From: Octopus vulgaris
Taxonomy: Eukaryota
NCBI GenBank assembly: GCA_951406725.2
Contig: OX597824.1
Coordinates: forward strand, 12,152,001 to 12,216,000
Direction of reading: 5' to 3'
DNA length: 64,000 bases
The position numbers were made by a program, and so were the translations under genes. The notes under the pieces were generated by a model. The model searched no databases. It was not told where the DNA came from and worked only from the letters and a program-made list of their open reading frames with translations. Numbering within the stretch: the first letter of the stretch is position 1; every line of letters begins with the position of its first letter. This document shows, in pieces, positions 54,233 through 64,000 of the stretch.

Positions 54233-56830
54233 AATAATAATAAAAATTATAATATATGATATAGTATATAAATATTTATAGTCGTAAATATGGCAAAAAA
54301 AAAAGATATTTTGATTTCCCTATTGAAAACCATTCTCAATAATTAATACAGCGGTCAACATATTTGTATAACAGATGCATTTTTTTATTTTATATACAAC
54401 AGAATAAATCGTATATCGATATATCACAGATATTATCAGTTGTACGTATGCTTTATTTCACTTTGGTGTTTATAATATATAAGCACAATAAACATATTCA
54501 TAAGTTTATCTTTCACTTGTTCCAGTAGAGTTTTTGTTGAAGAATTCTACTCCAGTACTTAATTTTAGAAAGTCTGGTACTTATTCTGAGAGTTGCTTTT
54601 GCTAAACAGCAAAGTTATGGGGGCATAAACAAACCAACACTGGTTTTCAAGGGAGACTGCCGGCTTGTTGCTCTGGCAATGATCTCACTCGTATGGTACT
54701 CTTAGCACTCCACTAGTACGGGTGCCAGTCATTGAATTTGATTTCGATAGGGATAACTGCATAGATTGAGTTGTTGATCATCTCTGGATAACTTAATCTA
54801 TGACATAATACACATGCAACACTAGTGAGAGGATATGAACTACTGAGCTGCTAATTTGTAGCTCAGTAAGCTGAGATTTCCAGTCATCATAATTTAATAT
54901 CCGTTTTTTCATGCTTGCATAGGTCAGGTGGAATTCGTTAAGGTAAATTTTTTTACAGCTAGACGGTCAGACATTTTCGCCACAGAGGATTGGAAACAAA
55001 CGACATTGCTTGTACAATGTTGACGCTCAAGTCCAACTATCACAACACAATGTCTAGATTAAATCTGTTAATAAAGTCAACATTGAGTATAAACAGGGTG
55101 AAAACAGTTTTTTTTTTTTAATTCGAAATAGAGTGCTTTTGGTAAGTAGAGTCAAGTGTGTAGATCAGAGATAAAAGACAACACCAAGTGTGTGACACAG
55201 TCTTGCAATGTTGAAGTCAAGAATAAGTACATTACTTGGTAACTGCAACAAGACACCGACATTAAAGATGGTAGTAAAGACAACGAGAACAAGAACCACA
55301 ACACCAACACTGACAAAGACCTCAAGTATTGCCCACCCCAACCCGACACACCAATTCTTACTTCTGTAACTATTTCAACTTTAAAGTGACATTAATTTAA
55401 TATAATGGTAAATTCACTGTATGGAATTCCAAACAAAATATTTAAAACATTACGGAGATGTACTTGCATAGCAAGTGACTTGATCTGAGATTGTGTGCTG
55501 GAACGAAAGCAATTGCAGCATGGAAGGTGTTTATAAGCCATTAAGAAACACACAAAACCCGTTAGATTCACTTCAATATTTAAATTTAATTTGTCAAATG
55601 CAACACAAAGTTTTGTCAGTGAACAGGTCACAGCCTCAAAGCAACAAAAATATTTTGACAAATTAAATTTAAATGTTGAAGTGAATCTAACGGTTTTTGT
55701 GTGTTTCTTAAATGGCTTATAAACACCTTCCACGCTGCAATTGTTTATTTAAAACATTTATGGCACTAATGATGTTCCATAATGATAAAATATCAACAGT
55801 TCTATTTCTGGTCTAACCCATAAGATACCATTCTGTTTGAGACCATCTGTGAGTTTCTCATACAAACTACACTTCTGAAAGTGATCTAAATTAAAATCTT
55901 CCTTCAAAAATTTCATATTAAGTGTTCCAAACACCAGCTTAACATTCATAAAGTTATTTTATTGATCGGCCCCCACTTTATATATATTTTTTTCCACAAT
56001 CCCTCTTGATCGGAATTCAACCGCTTCTTTTTTTTTTTTTCCTTCTTCTTCCCAAAAAGAAAAGCTCTACTCTGTATTTTGTCCCTTCTGTGTTGAGCCC
56101 TGCGTGGCCAATAAAGAAATCTATTTTTCTAAATTCTTCTTTATTTTCAAGATTCATTGAAACAAAGACAGTATATTTTAACAGAAATATGATAATAAAA
56201 GGACTGACATGACATCTCTCCATTGTAAACATAGTACAGAATATCAGAGCATTCTAGAAAGTAACTGCAATCTTTACTATTTCTGGATGTTTTGTCCTTG
56301 AAATACTAATCCACAGGACCAGTATTGCCATTGTTATATTTGTTGTAGCTGAGCCACAGATCAGTCCTGATACTGCAGACCTATGATCAAATGGGATTCC
56401 TGCAAGTACCAACTTATTTCTTCTTCAGAACTATGACTATCTGTATGCTTGAGTTGTCACCTAGTGTTCCATGGGGAGCAGGGGCTATTAAGTATATGTT
56501 ATCCTTCAACCATCCTCTCACCTTATCTTTTCCCTTCACCTTACTCTTGACTTTGTTTCCTTCTTCTCCTCATTCTATTCCTCTATCCTACTACTTCTCT
56601 TACCATGTTTTTCTCTACTACCACCTCCTGTTCATGTATGAATTGCCAGTGGTTTTATGTTCCTCATCAGTTGCAACAAAGTTTTCTAACTTAGAGGATG
56701 TAAAATTCTGCTGTGTCTCAATTTCTTCCTATCAACGTTTTCCTGGAGAAGGACTCTCTGAAACATCAGATATTCCACTCCCCACAGAAAGTTCACTGTA
56801 TCCTTTTTTTTTTGATTTCATTAAATAATA

Positions 56831-56961
56831 TAAGGTTGTCCCAAAAGTTCGTAAAAACTTTGCGAAAATTTGAATTTTTATGCAATTTTTAATTGTTTGT
56901 TTGGGTTTATATTGTTATAGTCAATTTTCACAAGTGTTTACAAACTTTTGGGACAACCTAA
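56831..56961. mobile_element. Tc1/mariner-type MITE
   Basis: TA|TAAGGTTGTCCCAAAAGTT...AACTTTTGGGACAACCTAA|TA: terminal inverted repeats with TA flanks. Confidence 0.8.
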
Positions 56962-57379
56962 TATAAATCTTGCTGATGCAGACCAACACCAGTCTCTTTG
57001 GAGTCTGATCATGAAAAAACAAACTAAGTATATATGACTGAGAATTTGTATCACCTTACAGACAACCCTGACTATATATCTAAATGGTAAATATATTTGA
57101 ACATTGTAAAATTTAAGCAATGTATTTGACAGCAAACTTTTGTGATTTCAAACTTGCCTCAATATATTTTAATGATGTCGATGTTGTCCCCGTAAACTTC
57201 CTATAATTTACACCAATGATACTATATATGGCCTTATATAACCTTTGTTTCTTATTTCAATAGTAACATATGAGATCTTATATATGCCCTAAATCATCTT
57301 TCAATGGTACTATATGTACCATATGCAATGCAATGGTATTATGTGCAGAATTATACATTCATCATATTTCATTTCAATG

Positions 57380-57760
57380 TCAACGCCTGTAAGATTATAA
57401 TATATTTATATCAACATACACAGCTCCCAAACTATATTTAGATGACATTCTAAGAGATTCTATACAGCCCCTCTAATACATTGCAATAACAGCATCTGTT
57501 TGAGTCTATAGGACTCCTATAGTATACCTTGATGACAGCATCTGTGACCCTATACATCTCCTATATTATACTTTAGTAACTAATCACAGCACCTATATTA
57601 TATTTCTAAGTCAGCATCTGTCTGAGCCCTTACAGTCCCTTATTATATTCCATTGAATACATTGCAATGACAGCATTTGTATAACCCTACAATTCCCTGT
57701 AGTATAATTGAATGATATTATCTGGGACCTTACAGAATCCATAGTGTATATATTCAATGA
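57380..57760. repeat. Degenerate ~40-45 bp tandem repeat
   Basis: Recurring ATGACAGCATCTGT..ACCCTAYA..CCC.TATTATA units. Confidence 0.6.
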
Positions 57761-58061
57761 AAGTTTTCACTGATCATGTGAAACCAATATTGATGGTAGA
57801 CTGAGGGCACAACATGATGAGCCATAAAGTAAGTAGTAGGTAAGAGGTTAAAATATCAAAGATAGTAAACAATACACCAATACATGGAAGACAGAAACTT
57901 GGACATTTCCCCACCTTAAACACTTTCCAAAATAAATCAGTTTAATCAAATAGGATTTGGTGTGATTAAAAAGGGTTTTTTTTTAAAATCAGAAATCATG
58001 CAGAAACCAGTGTGGTTTTGGGTAACTCCATGCTTGTTGGGGTCTATACCCCAATCACTAC

Positions 58062-58226
58062 CTTCGGTCCCACAACTGCGGGTCGTGCAGTATGACTTGG
58101 TACTATTGCTTGGAAAGCAATTCCTTGTTGTCTGGATGTAGCTCTCTCTGTCACAAAAGAGCCGCCTTTGGAGGGGCTACATTGGGGTGGTTGAGCTTGA
58201 AGTCGACATATACTTATCATTTCCAA
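58062..58226 (-). CDS. Candidate calpain linker cassette exon, 165 nt (LEMISICRLQAQPPQ...PAVVGPK)
   Basis: A GC-richer open frame inside AT-rich intron, with acceptor ttttttttgtcacaAG and donor AAG|GTagtg. An alternative in-frame donor lies at 58050. Phase 0/0 is compatible with the flanking exons. No recognisable homology. Confidence 0.45.
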
Positions 58227-58393
58227 CTTGTGACAAAAAAAATAATTATAAACCAGCAAATATAGCCATTAGGGATGATATATACGATATATTATTTATA
58301 TAATATATAAATAATTTATATAATATATAAATAATATAACTGTATAATATACATACATACATACATACATATATAAATAAATGTATGAATATA

Positions 58394-58451
<58 letters not shown>

Positions 58452-58460
58452 TATGTATAT

Positions 58461-58503
<43 letters not shown>

Positions 58504-59573
58504 GGAACAAAAATGTATGTATATAATAAATATATGTATGTATATATTATATATATATACACACACATAATATTAATACAATAGATATATAATATTAATA
58601 TAATATAAATATAATATTAACATAATATTATATATGATGAAATAAAATGAAATAAAATAAACACAAAAACAGAAAATATTTATTAAAATTGTGAGTTGTA
58701 GGGTATCAGAAACTAGTCGTAGGGGGATGATAGACTATTTTAGTATCGTTTAGTATCACTACTGAAACTATTTTAGTATCACTACTAAGTAATTATGTAA
58801 AAACTGAATATAAAAATATAAAGAATATATATATATACACAATTAATATGATAATATATATATGTGGTTAAAATAATAATATATATGCAATTAATATAAT
58901 AATATATGTGATTAATATAATAATGAATATGCTGCTCAATGCGAAATAAATATGATTCTGTCACAACCATAACAATAGTTTTTTAAAATGTTATGAAGAA
59001 AATATCTTGATAACTTTAAAACAATAAGCTCTGTTTTAAAAGGAAATAAAAGTTGTGTTATTTGAGCAATGAAATTTTAGTTGTAAATTTTCATAAATAC
59101 TGATTTATTAATTTTGATAAAAAAAAAAACAAAAAAAAAAGGAGCAAGGATGAAATGTCTAGTGGAGCTTCCCCTCTCCACACCACCGATGTTCTCCAAA
59201 TGAAAGGCAAAGGCTGATATGGTCTGGCACCAGTGATTTTGCAATTCATTTCTACAGCTGAGTGAACTGGAGAAATATGAAATAAAGTGTCTTGCTCAAG
59301 GACACAACACACAGCTCAGTCCAGGAATCAAACTCACTACCTCATGATTGTGAGCCTGATGTTCGAACCACTGAGCCATATCTCTAACATAATCTTCAGG
59401 CAGAAACAGTATTGCACAATGTATGCAACAAAGTCAGGACCATTGAAGTACAAACACCATAACATCTTGAATTATAGTATGAGATGGCCGAATATTCCAC
59501 AGATACTTGTATCTTTAGTGTAATTCTCAAGAAGAAAAGTCTTTTGGTTAACAGGTTCAGTGAGATTTTGTAT

Positions 59574-59818
59574 TTAACCCTTTGATGTTTGGATTACTCT
59601 GTCAAATGTAATGTTCATTTATTCACATTGTTTTGAATTAATTGAATTAATCACGCATTATCTCATAGCTTCATTATCTCATAGCTTCGATGATATGATT
59701 GTTTATTCTTAGAATGATATTGTAGAGTAAGTGTGAGAGGCTGAATCTGGCTAATGTGAACATAAAACTGGTAGAATATTTGGACCAGATAAGGCTAGTT
59801 GAAATGCTAAAGGGTTAA
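59574..59818. mobile_element. TTAA MITE, family P1
   Basis: TTAACCCTTT...CTAAAGGGTTAA. Confidence 0.78.
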
Positions 59819-60192
59819 AGTCTAAGTGACTGAATATACCACAGTCTTTTACATTCTTCATGTAATTCTCAACCAAAAATAACAGGACTGTGTTGCAACA
59901 AAGTTTGGATTCTTTGAATTACAAGTACAGCCTGTATGATACTCTTCCAAACTGAACTGAATTCCAATTACAAAACTTTGATTAACCTTAGGCCAAAGTA
60001 GACGATATCTGTCAAAGAAGCCACACGATGGGATCAAATACAAGACCTTGTATTTGTGGAGTAAACTTCAGAACCAGTTGGCCATGTTTGCACAAAAGAC
60101 AGATATCATACTAACAGTCTGTGATCTGTACCAGTATTAGGCCATTCAGTAAATACATAATTTCTCATACAAGGAATTTTACAGAGTATTTA

Positions 60193-60297
<105 letters not shown>

Positions 60298-60675
60298 TCA
60301 GCAAGGGGTTAACACTCTGGCCACTCTTCAATATCTTGGTGTTTGTTTTAATTTTATTTCCTTTATACCAAGAATGTTTTGTAAGACAAGCTCCAATTAT
60401 TATTCTTTTAATTGTCTTGGTAAAATTCTTTTTCTGCTTTCTAAATCAACAGTTATACACAAATAATATCTTGTACATTATACACACATTATTATGAAAT
60501 ATAATTTTAGGAGAATAACTTCACCAGTCACATATAATAATACCTAAATATATTGTCACCATGATCATAATTTGTAATTTCTTTTGACACCATGCAGCTC
60601 CCTAAGGTACACAGGCAGCTAGCTTAATAAGCTGCTTTTAATGATCACATGATTTTATTTTTATCTAAATAAAAA

Positions 60676-60996
60676 AGGGTAAAGACCTCCATTGGTCATG
60701 AACGCCTAGAAAGTTACCCTCTGAGGCACAAGTCCGGGCAAGGTTGTTTATGGAAGACCAGTAATCACCCATGCATACAAGCCTCCCCTCTCCATGCAAC
60801 CAATGTTATTGAAGGGAAAGGCAAAGGCTGATACAGCTTGGCACCAGTGATGTTGAAACCCATTTCTACTACTGAGTGAACTGGAGCAACGTGGAATAAA
60901 GTGTCTTGCTCAAGAACACAACACCCAGCTCAGTCCGGGAATTGAGCTCATTACCTCATTATTATGAGCCCAATGCTCTAACCACTGAGCCATGTG
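60676..60996 (-). mobile_element. tRNA-derived SINE, family E (partial copy also at ~59160-59380)
   Basis: Minus-strand head ATGGCTCAGTGGTTAGAGCATTGGGCTC..; core GTGTTCTTGAGCAAGACACTTTATT...GCTCCAGTTCACTCAG. Confidence 0.75.
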
Positions 60997-61002
60997 ACTT
61001 TA

Positions 61003-61506
61003 TCATCATCATCATCATCATCATCATCATCGTTTAACGTCCGTTCTCCATGCTAGCATGGGTTGGACGGTTCGACCAGGGATCTGGGAAGCCAGAAGGC
61101 TGTACCAGGCTCCAGTCTTTTTTGGCAATGTTTCTACAGCTGGATGCCCTTCCTAACGCCAACCACTCCGTGAGTGTAGTGGGTGCTTTTTACGTGCCAC
61201 CTGCACTGGTGCCAGGCGAGGCTGGCATCGGCCACGGTCAGATTGGTGCATTTTATGTGCCACCTGCATGGAAGCCAGTCGAGGTGGCACTGGCTTCGGC
61301 CACGATTCGGATGGTGCTTTTTACGTGCCACCGACACGGAAGCCAGTCGAGGCGGCACTGGCTTCGGCCACGATTCGGATGGTGCTTTTTACGTGCCACC
61401 GACACGGAAGCCAGTCGAGGCGGCGCCGGCATCGGCCACGATTCGGATGGTGCTTTTTACGTGCCACCGACACGGAAGCCAGCCGAGGCGGCGCCGGCAT
61501 CGGCAC
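61003..61506 (-). mobile_element. SINE family B with an internal 68-bp tandem array
   Basis: GGATGGTGCTTTTTACGTGCCACCGACACGGAAGCCAG starts at 61309, 61377 and 61445. Confidence 0.85.
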
Positions 61507-61681
61507 TCTATCTAAATATATCTCATATATATTTATCTCATAACCTCAACACACTGTTGGTAATACTTCATAATTTTAAATGTTTTTTCGAAGTCAAAAA
61601 TGTTAATTCATGAATTAATAATATTTTTGGTATCTAACAAAAGGGAGGAATTTTAAGAAATGGTAAAGTAGAAATTGTTAC

Positions 61682-61718
61682 CTGATCGTCATCAAATCCT
61701 GTCTCTTCATCCAAGAGT
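61682..61718 (-). CDS. Classical calpain, 37-nt exon at the end of domain III / start of the linker (xLLDEETGFDDDQ); upstream exons lie outside the window
   Basis: Minus strand reads ttcctcttccAG|ACTCTTGGATGAAGAGACAGGATTTGATGACGATCAG|GTaaca, phase 2 in and phase 0 out. The acidic LDE..D motif resembles the short exon that follows the CBSW domain in classical calpains. Confidence 0.85.
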
Positions 61719-61800
61719 CTGGAAGAGGAAATAACAGACAGATAAATATAATGAAGTCTTTACACACTAATTGATACACACATTATTCAGCAGACATGCG

Positions 61801-62443
61801 TCTTTTATTCTTGTTCCCAGTCACTGGACTGTGGCTATGCTGGAGCACTTACCTTAAAGGGTTTTAGTTGAATGAAGTGATTCCAGTATTTCTTTTTCTA
61901 GTTAAGTCTGGTACTATTCTATAGGGTTCCTATGCCAAACCACTGAATTACAGGGATGTAAACAAACCAACACTGGCTATCAAATGGTATGCATGTGTGT
62001 AACAAACACAGACATGAACACACACACACACACACATACACACAAATGATGGGTTTCCACACAGCTTCCACTGACCAAATTCACTCACAAGGCAATGTTT
62101 GGTCCAGGCTTGTGGTAGAAGATACTTGCCCAAAGGGCCACTCAGTGGAACTGAATCCAAAACCATGTGGTTGGAAAGCAAATTTCTTAACCATACAGCC
62201 ATTCTTGTACTAGGACATACTCTGTGTCCTTGTGTCCGTGTTTGTTCCCCAACCATCGCTTGACAACCGATGTTGGTGTGTTTACAACTCCATTACTTAG
62301 TGGTTCGGCAAAAGAGACTGATAGAATAAGTACTAGGTTTACAAAGAATAAGTCCCGGGGTTGATTTCTTCACCTAAAACCCTTTAAGGTCGTGCTCCAG
62401 CATGGCTGCAATAAAATGACAGAAACAAGTAAAAGAATAAAAG
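61801..62443. mobile_element. Two family A SINEs in inverted orientation (61801-62207 minus; 62222-62443 plus, truncated)
   Basis: The family A tail is present in opposite orientations at the two ends. Confidence 0.75.
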
Positions 62444-62479
62444 GATATACACATACGGAGCAAGTAGATTTATGATATA

Positions 62480-62919
62480 CTAGCAGCATAGCCCGGCGTT
62501 GCCCGGGTATGTAAGAGCCCCTAGTAGGCAACGACTAATCCCAATCTAGTCCTTTCCCTCTTGGGAACGAAGGCGCATGTGCAGGTTGCAATATCTTCTC
62601 TTCACTCGAATACTTCTGTGTATACGATGTTCCTAGCTGTCCCTTTGGGCGATAAAAAGGTCGAGTTGTGTCCCCTAGACAGAAAATATGTTGCATATAA
62701 AAAGCTTAGATTTTTGACCCCATGTCGAATTTATCGATCTTTTTCAGAACTGGGGGAACTTTTCAAAGTTTTCGCTGCGTTAGTTTTGAATTATGACATT
62801 GGGCTATGTGTGTGTCAAGTTTCATCAGAATCGGTTGAAAGCCGTGGTCAGGGTGAGGGTACAACCTGACAGACACACAGACACACAGACAGACAAACTG
62901 CCGTTTATATATAGAGAGA
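62480..62919 (-). mobile_element. Non-autonomous Helitron
   Basis: Minus strand starts A|TCTCTCTATATATAAAC, then (GTCT)n, hairpin CCCGGGCAACGCCGGG, and ends CTGCTAG|T. Confidence 0.82.
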
Positions 62920-63020
62920 TTTAAATATGTAAAACAGTAGAAGCCATTATTATAATCATGGATATTGTTATCAAAATCAGTGGGCCCCAAACATAATCAA
63001 GATATAATTATATCTACTGC

Positions 63021-64000
63021 TTAACCCTTTAGTTACCAACCCGGCCGAAACCGGTTCTGGCTCTGAGTACAAATGTCTTGTTTTCATAAGTTTATAATTA
63101 AAATCTTCCACCAAACCTTAGCCACAATTTATGTTCCTAACAATAGCTTAATGAGAACTAATTTATTTTACTAAATTCTTTGTTATATTTAAAGTAATTG
63201 AAAAAAATCACAGAACATCTCAAAATAAATACAGTAACGAAAGGGTTAAATAGAAAACTGCAATTGGAGGGAGATTAGACTGCTATTTCTATCAGGCTGA
63301 GTGATGATGTGGAATCTCCTTCGTTAGGTCATTACAACAGAAGTTATTATATGTCCAAGTGGTACAGCCTTTGCTCTGGACAGTTAAAGGTATCGACCAA
63401 TATATGCAGATGATGTCAGCACTAGTATGGATATGATACGCAGAGAATAACTTTAACCCTTTCGTTACCAACCAGGCTGAAACCGGCTGGCTCTGAGTAC
63501 AAATGTCTTGTTTTCATAAGTTTTGAATTAAAATCTTAGTCGCAATTTATGTTCCTAACACTAGCTGAATGATATCTAAGTTATTTTACTAAATTCTTTG
63601 TTATATTTTAAATTAATTGAAAGAAACACAGTGCATCTCAACAGAAATATGTTAACAAAAGGGTTAAAGTCACCATGATATTTTTAACCAACCCTTCTGA
63701 TACCAACCCAGCTGAAACTGCCTCTGGCTCTGTAGTACAAATGTCTTGTTTTCATAAGTTTTGAATTAAAATCTTCCACCACACCTTAGCCACAATTTAT
63801 GTTCCTAACACTAGCTGAATGATAACTAAGTTATTTTACTAAATTCTTTGGTATATTTAAAATTAATTGAAAGAAACACAGAGCATCTCAACAGAAATAT
63901 GTTAACAAAAGGGTTAAAGTCACCATGATATTTTTAACCAACCCTTCTGATACCAACCCAGCTGAAACTGCCTCTGGCTCTGTAGTACAAATGTCTTGTT
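63021..64000. mobile_element. Cluster of family P2 TTAA MITEs (63021-63249, 63453-63667, ~63690-63917, ~63940 to the window end)
   Basis: Repeated ACCCTT...ACCAACCC..CTGAAAC..GGCTCTG bodies with AAAGGGTTAA ends. Confidence 0.85.

Noticed and set aside
61240-61506. Regularly spaced repeats resembling a CRISPR array
   Set aside because: The 68-bp units are fully repeated with no unique spacers, lie inside a SINE in eukaryotic DNA, and no cas genes are present.
61050-61613. 187-aa ORF and similar ORFs at 6255-6767, 10104-10481 and 36468-36965
   Set aside because: All lie in family A or B SINEs; shared peptides such as LDALPNANHS reflect repeat copies.

Overview
AT-rich, repeat-dense eukaryotic genomic DNA. 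The SINE families and the abundant (TA)n microsatellites suggest a coleoid cephalopod such as Octopus (inference). The window holds the 3' half of a classical calpain large-subunit gene on the minus strand. It comprises a 37-nt exon just after domain III, a 42-nt linker exon and seven penta-EF-hand exons ending ...FVQMTMYS* at 15410; the 5' exons lie beyond position 64000. One intron (22287-25050) is a clear U12-type GT-AG intron. The linker region has several more candidate frame-preserving cassette or micro-exons. The introns contain many (TA)n-flanked fold-back elements carrying type I hammerhead-ribozyme cores, probably Penelope-like remnants. One, at 50305-50409, appears complete and lies in the sense orientation of the calpain pre-mRNA. 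The rest of the window is tRNA-derived SINEs, non-autonomous Helitrons, TTAA/piggyBac-type and mariner-type MITEs, a decayed Gypsy pol region, RTE fragments and a ~4.1 kb AT microsatellite. Nearly all entries in the supplied ORF track are artefacts of repeats.
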